64,000 nucleotides of DNA. Origin: Thermodesulfobacteriota bacterium (GTDB taxonomy: Bacteria; Desulfobacterota_D; UBA1144; Nemesobacterales; UBA2774). Below, in pieces: positions 1 through 8,548 of this stretch (within the stretch, counting starts at the first letter, position 1; each line of letters starts with the position of its first letter). The notes under the pieces were generated by a model. That model was not told the DNA's origin and did no database searches. It was given only the letters and a program-made list of their open reading frames with translations. The translations under genes were made by a program, and so were the position numbers. The stretch is from assembly GCA_965223335.1 (NCBI GenBank), contig OZ244991.1, positions 1,696,001-1,760,000 on the forward strand, read 5' to 3'.

Positions 1-84
1 CCTTCGCATTATCAGGCGTTTTGTCTCGATAATTGCAATAAACCACGAGAGTTTGAACTAGCAAACAATCATAGGAGACGATTA

Positions 85-543
85 ATGAGTGATTGGAAAG
101 TTGTAAATCACGGCCATCCCGATATAGAGCCGTCTAAATCGAAAAGGGCCATCTTTATAGGCAGATACCAGCCCTATCACAAAGGCCACGTGAGCCTGGT
201 TAGGCAGAAATTGGACAAGGGCGTGCCGTGTTTGATAATGGTGCGAGATATCCCACCCGACCCCAAAAATCCGTTTACCACAGAACAGACCGTAAGCATG
301 ATCGAGAAATATCACGAGAGCAAGGGTGACGATGTAAAGGTAATGATCATCCCCGACATCGAGTCGGTAAACTGGGGCAGAGGTGTTGGGTATGAGATGA
401 ACGAATTCGAACCCCCCGAGAACATAGGCTGGATCTCGGCTACCAAGATCAGGACCTCCATCGGCGAAGGCAACGACGAGTGGAGAGAGCTTGTGGATAG
501 CTCGATCCAGGACGATGTGGTCAAGTATCTGACAGAAGCCTAG
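85..543 (+). CDS. Cytidylyltransferase-like nucleotidyltransferase (HxGH superfamily; NMN adenylyltransferase-like)
   Basis: GRYQPYHKGH motif, NPFT and ISATKIR motifs; AGGAG SD upstream. Confidence 0.8.
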   Translation: MSDWKVVNHGHPDIEPSKSKRAIFIGRYQPYHKGHVSLVRQKLDKGVPCLIMVRDIPPDPKNPFTTEQTVSMIEKYHESKGDDVKVMIIPDIESVNWGRGVGYEMNEFEPPENIGWISATKIRTSIGEGNDEWRELVDSSIQDDVVKYLTEA

Positions 544-719
544 GCGGTTAGTCGCCGGCAATTACTTTGTCTCGCGGTACTTAGCGATTGGGATGTTCTC
601 CCCTACAACTCCTAGCATCTTAGAGCTATATTGACTGTATGACCTCAGAAGCTTGTTAAATATTGAACAATGTTTTAATATTGCGTTATAGTTGCATCTG
701 TGTTTGCAGAGAACAGGCA

Positions 720-1037
720 ATGTCATCGCAAGAGCAAAAACAGTTCGGTTCGTTTGCTGAGTTCTACGAGTTTTATCTAGAGGAACACAGCTACCCTGTA
801 AATCGAAAGCTCCATTTTTTCGGCAGTCTCCTTGTGCTCTTGATCATTGCCTATGTGCTGGTCGAGCAAAAGTGGTATGCACTGCTCCTTGCCCCCGTGG
901 TAGGGTACGGGTTTGCGTGGATAGGCCACTTCTTTGTTGAAAAGAACAAGCCTGCAACTTTCAAGTACCCACTTTACAGCCTCATGGGTGATTGGGTAAT
1001 GTTCAAAGACATCATCACCGGTAAGGTGAAGTTCTAA
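720..1037 (+). CDS. DUF962/Mpo1-like membrane protein
   Basis: FYEFYLEEH..NRKLH, GYGFAWIGHFFVEKNKPATFKYP signature; likely ATG at 720 (ORF track extends to 663). Confidence 0.85.
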   Translation: MSSQEQKQFGSFAEFYEFYLEEHSYPVNRKLHFFGSLLVLLIIAYVLVEQKWYALLLAPVVGYGFAWIGHFFVEKNKPATFKYPLYSLMGDWVMFKDIITGKVKF

Positions 1038-1053
1038 AGGACCTTCTCGCAAT

Positions 1054-1800
1054 ATGCCAAAGCTATTGGTTTTCCAACATGTATCTCACGAGATATTGGG
1101 GACGCTAGACCCTTTGATCCGGGAATCCGGTTTTCGAATCAGGTATATAAACTTCGGCCGACACCCCGATGCGGACCCGAGCCTTGACGGTTATGACGGT
1201 TTGATAGTACTAGGCGGCCCGATGAACGTTGACGAGGTCCGCACCCATCCCCACCTGCACACCGAAGTGAAGCTCATCGACAGCGCCATTGACAAGGGAA
1301 TCCCCGTGCTTGGGATATGCCTTGGCGGGCAGCTTGTGGCTAAGGCACTCGGTGCCAAGGTAAAGAAGAACCCCAAAAAAGAGATTGGATGGTACGATGT
1401 CTCACCCACACACAACGGCAAACGAGACCCCTTGATCGGGGGATTTAACAAGGTCGAGAAAATATTTCAGTGGCACGGCGATACATTCGACATACCCCGG
1501 GGTGCCACCCATCTCGCCACCTCCCCCCTATGTGAAAACCAGGCGTTTAGGTACCGCGACAATGTTTACGGGTTCCAGTTCCACCTCGAGGTCGATGAGA
1601 AGATGATAGCAAGGTGGCTCCGTGTATCCGCTAACAAAAAGGAGATAGAGGAAACTAAGGGCGAGATCGACCCCGACCTCATCAAAAAAGATACCCCTCT
1701 TCATATCGAACGTTTAACCGATCTAAGCAACTCTACATTCGGCGAGTTTATAAACCTGTTTGGCTTCGAGAAAAAGAAACAGAGTCTGCCCTCACGTTAA
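1054..1800 (+). CDS. Class I glutamine amidotransferase-like protein
   Basis: GICLGGQ nucleophile Cys and QFHLE His-Glu triad; GGPM oxyanion motif. Confidence 0.85.
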   Translation: MPKLLVFQHVSHEILGTLDPLIRESGFRIRYINFGRHPDADPSLDGYDGLIVLGGPMNVDEVRTHPHLHTEVKLIDSAIDKGIPVLGICLGGQLVAKALGAKVKKNPKKEIGWYDVSPTHNGKRDPLIGGFNKVEKIFQWHGDTFDIPRGATHLATSPLCENQAFRYRDNVYGFQFHLEVDEKMIARWLRVSANKKEIEETKGEIDPDLIKKDTPLHIERLTDLSNSTFGEFINLFGFEKKKQSLPSR

Positions 1801-1813
1801 CCCCTCGGCGGAC

Positions 1814-4246
1814 CTAAGAGTTTGAGTCCGTGGACTTCTTGTTGTTCTGTCTCCCAAACTTTCGGTAGTCTTCTGCAAACTCCCTTAGCCTTTTATCTAC
1901 AAGGTAGTTTACAGTGCCCCGTTTGAACTTCCCTGTCGAGCCCCTTGCACCCGCTTCTTTCCCGGTTAATGTGTGGATTGCCTGGTCGATTGACTCCACC
2001 GGGTAAACATGGAATTCCCCTTGTTTCACCGCCTCTACAACTTCGGGTTTCAGCATCAGGTTCTTTACGTTTTGGTGCGGGATCACCACTCCCTGCTCCC
2101 CGGTTATACCCTTGGCCTTACACACGTCATAGTAACCCTCGACCTTTTCGTTCACGCCCCCAATAGGCTGGATCTGACCCTTCTGGTTTACCGATCCGGT
2201 TATGGCCAGGCTCTGCTTTATGGGTATACCTGAGAGGCTCGATATCAGCACCAATAGCTCGGCGGCAGAGGCGCTGTCGCCGTCTATCATGTCGTAGCTC
2301 TGCTCAAACCCTATGCTGGCCGAGAGGCTAAGTGGTTTATTCTGTGCATAGGTTGTGCCGATGTAGCCACTCAGTATTAGCACTCCTTTGTCATGTATAT
2401 TGCCGCTTAGTCTGGCCTTGCGCTCGATGTTCATCACACCCTCGGTCCCCATAAAAGTCTCGCAGGTAATGCGCGAGGGCCTCCCGAACGCGTGATCCCC
2501 GATGTTGTATACAGCCAGGCCGTTTATCTGCCCCACTACCATCCCGGTTGTGTCGACCATGATCACACCCTTGGCGATCATCTCCTGTATCTTTTCCTGG
2601 ATCATGCTCGAGCGATAGAGTTTCTCGTCGATTGCCTTTAAGACGTGCTCCCTTGATATTGCGTCTTCATCCCCGTTTACTTTGGCCCAGTACCCCGCCT
2701 CTTTTATAATTTTCGTAATCCCACCGAACTGTACCGACAGTTTGGTCTGGTCGCCTGCGAGCCGGGTTGCGTGTTCTATGATGGCCTCTACACCACTACG
2801 ATCAAATCTCTTGATATTGTCCCGCTCACATATGGATTTAATAAAGCACGAGTATTGCTGCAAAGATGTTTCGTCTTGATCAACCACGGTATCGAAATCG
2901 GCCTTTACCTTAAAGAGCTTTCTAAAGTCGTCGTCGTAAGCGTAAAGCATATTAAATATGTAGGAATTACCGGTGATTATAACTTTTAGGTCCAGTTTTA
3001 TAGGCTCTGGGCGGATCCCTACCGTGCTTGAAAACCCATACTGCTGAGATACATCTTCAATCCTGAGCTCATCGTTCTCGAGTGCTTTTTTTAGCGAGTC
3101 CCAGACAAATGGGAACTTAAATATATCAAGTGCCTCTATTACCAGGTAGCCGCCGTTTGCTTTGGCGAGTGAGCCGCTACGTATCATGGTAAAATCTGTA
3201 ACGAGTGCCCCAAACTTGGCCTCTCTTTCTATAGTCCCGAACAGATTGACGTAAGTCGGGTGGCTCTCGAATATTACAGGTGCACCCTCTGTCCGAGAAT
3301 TGTCAATAAATACATTTACTTTATATTCTACGAACTGTGGGTCTTGCTTTGGTATTTTGTAGGGGAACGGGGCCCCACCCGGGGGTGGTGTTTTGTCTGG
3401 CAGAAAATTATCTATATGCTCAAGTATATGCTTTTGAAGCATATCGAAATGATCTATCACCTGCGGATATGTCTTATACGTTTCACGAAGTGTGTCGATC
3501 AGGTCCCTTACCGCAAACAATGCGACCCTTTTTTCCAGTTCCTTAACCTTGTCCATCGCTTGCTTTTCGAGCGCGCGGACCTCTTTTAAGACCGCAGCGA
3601 CTTCGTTGTCCAGTTCTTCTTTGCTTTGTTTTATTTTTTCTTTGATCTCTTCGGTAAGGCTGTTGTAGTTCTCTTGTGTAACGGGTTTCCCGCCGATAAG
3701 CGGTATAGTGATAATGCCTGTGGGCGAGAACTGAATCTGAATTTCCTTTGCTGCAGCTTTTGACTGCAGCTCTTCGAATAATCTAGTTTTCTCTCTCTGG
3801 AAATCGTTCATATAGTTCTGTTTCTGGTCTTCAACGTCGGTCCTTTCGAAAGCTGTGGGTATAGTGGTCTGTAGAATTTGGAGGAACTCTTCCATATCAG
3901 TTTGGAAGTCTTTACCTTTACCCGTGGGCAGCTCTATTGCTCTCGGCTCGTTGGGTTCTGCAAAGTTATATACAAAACACCAATCCGAGGGCGTTGGTTT
4001 ATCTTTTGCGACCGTGCTCAAGATGTATTCGATTGCGGTGGTTTTACCGACCCCTGTGGGCCCTGCGATATAGATGTTGTAGCCCCCAAAATCCATACCC
4101 AGACCAAAGTTTATGGCTTCAACCGCTCGTTTTTGTCCTATGAATTCCCTACACGAGACAAGATCGTCGGTTGTTTTAAATCCCAACTTAGAAAGATCGC
4201 ATTTTTTATATACCTGTGTGTGTTTAAGTTCGTTTACTTTTCTCAT
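1814..4246 (-). CDS. Lon-like protease (LonC/AAA_32 type, peptidase S16)
   Basis: Walker A GPTGVGKT; Lon protease domain DGDSAS (Ser) and GGVNEKVEG (Lys); coiled-coil insert. Confidence 0.88.
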   Translation of the reverse strand: MRKVNELKHTQVYKKCDLSKLGFKTTDDLVSCREFIGQKRAVEAINFGLGMDFGGYNIYIAGPTGVGKTTAIEYILSTVAKDKPTPSDWCFVYNFAEPNEPRAIELPTGKGKDFQTDMEEFLQILQTTIPTAFERTDVEDQKQNYMNDFQREKTRLFEELQSKAAAKEIQIQFSPTGIITIPLIGGKPVTQENYNSLTEEIKEKIKQSKEELDNEVAAVLKEVRALEKQAMDKVKELEKRVALFAVRDLIDTLRETYKTYPQVIDHFDMLQKHILEHIDNFLPDKTPPPGGAPFPYKIPKQDPQFVEYKVNVFIDNSRTEGAPVIFESHPTYVNLFGTIEREAKFGALVTDFTMIRSGSLAKANGGYLVIEALDIFKFPFVWDSLKKALENDELRIEDVSQQYGFSSTVGIRPEPIKLDLKVIITGNSYIFNMLYAYDDDFRKLFKVKADFDTVVDQDETSLQQYSCFIKSICERDNIKRFDRSGVEAIIEHATRLAGDQTKLSVQFGGITKIIKEAGYWAKVNGDEDAISREHVLKAIDEKLYRSSMIQEKIQEMIAKGVIMVDTTGMVVGQINGLAVYNIGDHAFGRPSRITCETFMGTEGVMNIERKARLSGNIHDKGVLILSGYIGTTYAQNKPLSLSASIGFEQSYDMIDGDSASAAELLVLISSLSGIPIKQSLAITGSVNQKGQIQPIGGVNEKVEGYYDVCKAKGITGEQGVVIPHQNVKNLMLKPEVVEAVKQGEFHVYPVESIDQAIHTLTGKEAGARGSTGKFKRGTVNYLVDKRLREFAEDYRKFGRQNNKKSTDSNS

Positions 4247-4426
4247 TTACGCCTCACAGTATCTGTATTATTGATGGATGTCTATATAGGTTACCTGGTT
4301 TTTAAATTTCAGAGTAGCAGCGTTTTATTGTTCCATTAAAGAGCTATATAACACAGAGATCGGGACTGTGTCCATTTGTGAAAACGCCTTGCGAGAAGCT
4401 CAATATATTGTAAATTTAATTAACTT

Positions 4427-4504
4427 CGGGGTGTAGCTCAGATTGGCTAGAGCGTTGCGTTCGGGACGCAGAGGCCGCCGGTTCAAGTCCGGCCACCCCG
4501 ACCA
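4427..4504 (+). tRNA. tRNA-Pro(CGG)
   Basis: CGGGGTG acceptor pairing with CACCCCG, D arm TAGCTCAG..TGG..AGAGC, anticodon loop TT-CGG-GA, T loop GGTTCAAGTCC, encoded 3' CCA. Confidence 0.95.
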
Positions 4505-4628
4505 TTCAATTAAAAGACCGCCTATTTTATTCACTGCTTTATTAAATACCCCAAAAATCCAGGTGACATTTATTCACTTATTATTTACTCTTAATAATTA
4601 GATGTAACTAAGTGGTGGGGAGGGGTAA

Positions 4629-5456
4629 ATGAAGAATCGGTTGATTGGTGTTGGATTGGTTTTACTCTCTTTAACAGTTTTTTCCCTATTTTTTAAACTT
4701 ACATACTTACATGCCGAGCCTAGTGCGGATGTTCAAAAACAAGCAGGTCCGTCTACGGTTGCGGCAATAGATCCTGAGGCCGATGAGTTGCTCCGTGCGA
4801 TGAGTGCCACACTCGAGGCGGCAAAGACATTCTCCGTAAAGACTCATGTGAATTTCGACGATGTCCTTAAATCGGGGCAAAAGATACAGTACGGCGGAGA
4901 CATCGAGATAAAACTCAAGCGGCCCAACAAGATTGTCGGGTACTTCGACGGCGACCTGGTAGAGAGGAGTGTATGGCTCGATAATGGGACCCTCACGATC
5001 TTGAACATGGATAAAGATTTCTACGGCGAGCTCAAAGTCCCACCGACTATAGACGAGACTGTGGACTTTATGTTGGACAACTACGATTTTACACTGCCTC
5101 TGGCCGACATCGTTTACAGCAGTCCATACAAATCGGTTAGCGCAGACATACAAACCGGGGTTGTTGTAGGTGTGGGCAGGGTAGAGGGCAAAGACTGTGT
5201 CCACCTAGCCTTCACTCAGGAGTTTATAGACTGGCAGATCTGGATCGATGAGAGCAACCGGCACCTGCCCTGTAAGCTAGTAATCAATTACAAAACTCAA
5301 GAGGGCGAGCCCCAGTACAGTGCCGAGTTCTCGGACTGGAAGCTCGACCAGAAGATGAGCGATAAAGAGTTTAAGCCAAATATTCCGAAAGAGGCGCTAA
5401 AGATTGAGTTCATTAAGATGGATAGTGCAGGGGAGAGTGAAAATGATAAAAAATAG
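4629..5456 (+). CDS. DUF2092 family periplasmic protein (LolA-like fold)
   Basis: Signal peptide; LKRPNK, PLAD, HLAF..DWQIWID..LPCKLVI motifs typical of DUF2092. Confidence 0.8.
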   Translation: MKNRLIGVGLVLLSLTVFSLFFKLTYLHAEPSADVQKQAGPSTVAAIDPEADELLRAMSATLEAAKTFSVKTHVNFDDVLKSGQKIQYGGDIEIKLKRPNKIVGYFDGDLVERSVWLDNGTLTILNMDKDFYGELKVPPTIDETVDFMLDNYDFTLPLADIVYSSPYKSVSADIQTGVVVGVGRVEGKDCVHLAFTQEFIDWQIWIDESNRHLPCKLVINYKTQEGEPQYSAEFSDWKLDQKMSDKEFKPNIPKEALKIEFIKMDSAGESENDKK

Positions 5457-6459
5457 TAATAAAAAACGTTTGTTTATCCTCGCATTCTTAATCCTATCGG
5501 CAGGAGTGTTCCTTGCTGTAGATACTTTTGCCCGCGGCAGAGGTGGCAGAGGCGGTGGAAGGGGTGGAGGCCGTAGTATGAGCCACCACCATGGGGGCGG
5601 TTCGCATTACAGGGGTGCAGCGTCGGGTAACCATGGCTACGGGAGCATCAGGGGTTCTGGCAGAGCTCATCAGTCTCACCAGCGCAACCGCGCTCAAACC
5701 GGCACAATGAATCGGGGCAACAGAGTAAACACTGTCCAGAGTCGCGATCGAAGCAATGTCGGAACACAAAGAGGTAATGCAGGAAACAGGCAAAACCGCG
5801 ATATACAGAACCGTAACCCCGAAAACCGTCCCGGCGACAGACAACCGGACCGCGACGCTATATCCGATCGCCAGGGCCAACGCCAAGATGCCCGTTACGA
5901 CCGCCAGGGCCAGCGCCAAGACGCTGCACAGGATATGCAACGCAGGCGTATCAACCATTGGGACAATTATCACTACAACCGTTACTACGGCGGCTACTAT
6001 AATTCGTGGTACGGATACTATTCCGGGTGGGGTGCATTCGCTGCGGGGCTTTTTATAGGGGCAGCAATTGCCAGTATCCCCTCCAATTCCTCAACGGTCT
6101 ATGTGGAGGGCGACACATTCTATTATTCTGACGGTGTCTACTATGTAGAGGACCAATCCCAGTATGTGGTCGTGCCCCCACCTGTAGGTGCTGTTGTGGT
6201 GTCTCTCCCGGCTTCGTGTGAATCTATAAGTGCCGATGGAGGCCAGTTTTACAACTGTGGCGGGGCTTATTACCAGCAGGTTAGCAAGGGCTATAAAGTT
6301 GTAGACCCCCCGATTGGTGCAGTTGTGACGACACTTCCCGACGGGGCTCAAAAAACCGATGTCGGGGGCAACACCTATTTCCTTTTTGCAGGCGCGTATT
6401 ATCAGCCGTTTAATAGCGGCAACTCTGTAATCTACAAAATCGTGCCCGCACCTGCATAA
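5443..6459 (+). CDS. Secreted protein with RGG/Gln-Arg low-complexity N-half and DUF6515-like C-terminal repeats
   Basis: Signal peptide ending DTFA; three ~43-aa repeats (LP..G..Y..GxYY...Y.VV.PP.GAVV); ATG 5443 overlaps upstream gene. Confidence 0.75.
   Translation: MIKNSNKKRLFILAFLILSAGVFLAVDTFARGRGGRGGGRGGGRSMSHHHGGGSHYRGAASGNHGYGSIRGSGRAHQSHQRNRAQTGTMNRGNRVNTVQSRDRSNVGTQRGNAGNRQNRDIQNRNPENRPGDRQPDRDAISDRQGQRQDARYDRQGQRQDAAQDMQRRRINHWDNYHYNRYYGGYYNSWYGYYSGWGAFAAGLFIGAAIASIPSNSSTVYVEGDTFYYSDGVYYVEDQSQYVVVPPPVGAVVVSLPASCESISADGGQFYNCGGAYYQQVSKGYKVVDPPIGAVVTTLPDGAQKTDVGGNTYFLFAGAYYQPFNSGNSVIYKIVPAPA
5866..5931 (+). repeat. 33-bp in-frame tandem duplication (DRQGQRQDARY/DRQGQRQDAAQ)
   Basis: gatcgccagggccaacgccaagatgcc / gaccgccagggccagcgccaagacgct. 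Confidence 0.85.
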
Positions 6460-6526
6460 AATAAGTATTAATTAGAATTTGAGCTTAGGGGATTCTTTAA
6501 GTTGGTATAACCCAAATTCAGACCAT

Positions 6527-6553
6527 AAAAAAGGGGAGCAAAAGCTCCCCTTT
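6527..6553 (-). terminator. Rho-independent terminator (probably bidirectional) between convergent genes
   Basis: AAAAAA-GGGGAGC-AAAA-GCTCCCC-TTT; 6-U tail on minus strand. Confidence 0.85.
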
Positions 6554-6593
6554 GTAGTAAGTATTAAATCAGTTTTAAAATTTTGATGCAGTA

Positions 6594-6830
6594 TTATTGT
6601 GCTGCATCGTCCTCCATCTCACCGCCTGGCATTTCATCTTCGGCTGTGTCCGCATCAGCAGTATTCTCTTCGACAGCTTCTTCTTCATCACCCGCAGCTT
6701 CATTTTCCATCTCACTTCCGGGCTCGGCCTGTTCCTCAGCTTGGACCGTAGCGGTTCCAAACACATAAGCACTACCAAATGCTAAACCTACTGCCAACAT
6801 CAATACAAAAAGAAAATTTACAATCCTCAT
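6594..6830 (-). CDS. Small secreted/membrane-anchored highly acidic protein
   Basis: Hydrophobic signal-like N-terminus ending VQA, then E/D/A-rich tail; SD AAGGGAG; terminator downstream. Confidence 0.75.
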   Translation of the reverse strand: MRIVNFLFVLMLAVGLAFGSAYVFGTATVQAEEQAEPGSEMENEAAGDEEEAVEENTADADTAEDEMPGGEMEDDAAQ

Positions 6831-6897
6831 GATATCAACTCTCCCTTCTTAATGTATTTGACTGTACTTAGATAAAGCCAGTCAGGATATATTAAAA

Positions 6898-6913
6898 TGC
6901 AATCTGAAGACCA
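6898..6913 (-). promoter_or_regulatory. Putative sigma-54 -24/-12 promoter of the small acidic protein gene
   Basis: Minus strand TGGTCTTCAGATTGCA = GG-N10-GC with TTGCA. Confidence 0.55.
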
Positions 6914-6997
6914 TATATGCTATGTTGCAAATAATGATGTAATTAAAGCATGTTACGTTGCTACGTACAAATATTTAAGACATTTTTACTGTAATAC

Positions 6998-7037
6998 TGT
7001 GTTAAACAACACATTTACAATTGTGTGATTTCACCCA
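6998..7037. promoter_or_regulatory. Pair of 16-bp palindromic enhancer-like (UAS) sites
   Basis: TGTGTTAAACAACACA (6998-7013, TGT-N10-ACA) and TGTGTGATTTCACCCA (7022-7037). Confidence 0.55.
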
Positions 7038-7063
7038 ATTGGTCCGTGTAAATGCAGGTCGGG

Positions 7064-8197
7064 TTACATGCGAAAGTGCTTCAACGCCACCCTCATTTTC
7101 GATACCGAGAGTCTACGGAGTGCCTTTTTCTCAATCTGGCGTATTCTCTCTCTGGTCAGGTTGTATCTCTTTCCGATGTCGTCCAGGGTCTCGATCTGTA
7201 TGCCGTCTAATCCAAACCTCAAGCGCAGTATCTCCTCTTCCTTGGCACTAAGGAGCGATAGCGAGCTCCTAATACTGTCTCGCAACTCTTCGTCCAAAGT
7301 CATCTGATCGGGTTTAATGGCTTTTTCGTCTGCAATATGGTCATAGAAACTGGATTTATCCTCGTCAATTGGAGTGTCGAGGCTAAGGGGACTGTGGGTA
7401 AGGTTGAGTATTCTGTTTACGTATTTTAGTGGCACACCCGAGTGCTCCGAGATCTCTTCGGGACTCGGTTTTTTGTGAGTTCTGTTCGTCAGTATTGCAT
7501 TTGATTTATACACTCGGCTCGTTACTTCCAATAGGTATACCGGGACCCTAAGCGCCCCTTTTTGAACCAGTATGGCACGGGTGATCGACTGGTATATCCA
7601 CCACGAGGCATAGGTCGAGAACCGATAGCCTTTTTTGTAGTCGTACCTCTCGATGGACTTCATAAGTCCTATATTGCCCTCTTGAATGAGGTCCAGGAAA
7701 TGCAGCCCCTGATTCACATATCGCTTGGCAATGCTTATGACCAGTCTAAGGTTGGCCCTGGCAAATCTCTTTTTCAGCTCATTTGCTTTTTCGGTGTGCG
7801 CCCTGTGTTTTGCTTCGAGCTTAAGAAGTATCATCTGTTTTTTTGGGCTCAGCTTCCGCTTGCTCTGCTTTAGCTCATCTATCTTTTGCTCGATGAGTGC
7901 GGCGCGGTCGGTACACTTACTAATTTTTGCGGGTATCTCGATCTCTTGGCGTAGTGTGAGTAACGGTTCTTTGGAAATATCGTTAAAATACGAGTTTATG
8001 ATTCGGTACTGTTCGTCCGAGGTCGAAAGCCTGTCCTCTGATTCGCGATCTGAAGACCCGTTATTGTTTCCATTTTGACCTAGCGCATTTTGCTCAGCTT
8101 TGTCTTCTTCAAAATCACTTAACTCGGGTGCTTTATTATATACATCCAGGATATCGCTAGAGCCGTTCGTAGTAACTTCGGTTTGATCCATCTTCAT
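7064..8197 (-). CDS. RNA polymerase sigma-70 family factor, group 1/2-like (RpoD/RpoS-like, non-primary)
   Basis: Region 1.2 YFNDI..PLL; region 2 ANLRLVISIAKRY, DLIQEGNIGLM, FSTYASWWI; region 4.2 TRERIRQIE; no region 1.1; GGAGG SD. Confidence 0.9.
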   Translation of the reverse strand: MKMDQTEVTTNGSSDILDVYNKAPELSDFEEDKAEQNALGQNGNNNGSSDRESEDRLSTSDEQYRIINSYFNDISKEPLLTLRQEIEIPAKISKCTDRAALIEQKIDELKQSKRKLSPKKQMILLKLEAKHRAHTEKANELKKRFARANLRLVISIAKRYVNQGLHFLDLIQEGNIGLMKSIERYDYKKGYRFSTYASWWIYQSITRAILVQKGALRVPVYLLEVTSRVYKSNAILTNRTHKKPSPEEISEHSGVPLKYVNRILNLTHSPLSLDTPIDEDKSSFYDHIADEKAIKPDQMTLDEELRDSIRSSLSLLSAKEEEILRLRFGLDGIQIETLDDIGKRYNLTRERIRQIEKKALRRLSVSKMRVALKHFRM

Positions 8198-8293
8198 AAT
8201 TCATCCTCCAATATTAAGTTACTATTTGATATACTCGTCGATCTAAAATCCAAGAGCACTGTGCTGACTAACTCTTATCTATGGATATATATG

Positions 8294-8309
8294 GGCAACG
8301 TTTATGCCA
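8294..8309 (-). promoter_or_regulatory. Putative sigma-54 -24/-12 promoter of the sigma factor gene
   Basis: Minus strand TGGCATAAACGTTGCC, close to consensus TGGCAC-N5-TTGC with exact spacing. Confidence 0.7.
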
Positions 8310-8337
8310 TTTAGAGCATAAAAATTATTTCCAATAA

Positions 8338-8350
8338 ATTCAGTGCATTG
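8338..8350 (+). promoter_or_regulatory. Putative IHF site
   Basis: ATTCAGTGCATTG, one mismatch to WATCAR-N4-TTR, preceded by an A/T tract; lies between promoter and UAS. Confidence 0.4.
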
Positions 8351-8391
8351 CATCCACATGGTGCTAAATTCATTAAATTTAGAGGTTTTTA

Positions 8392-8430
8392 TGTGCGATA
8401 TCACACTAGTAAGATGTGTTATATCGGCTA
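8392..8430. promoter_or_regulatory. Pair of 16-bp palindromic enhancer-like (UAS) sites
   Basis: TGTGCGATATCACACT (8392-8407) and TGTGTTATATCGGCTA (8415-8430); each 12/16 to TGTGTGATATCACACA. Confidence 0.55.
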
Positions 8431-8548
8431 ATTTATCTTGTGTATTCGAGTATTATTTGAATCGAGACTGTAAATCTTTAATCTAAAAGCAACCTAGAGG
8501 CGTAGTGAGCTTGATATTTGCACTAATCAGCCTGTAAACTCAATCACA

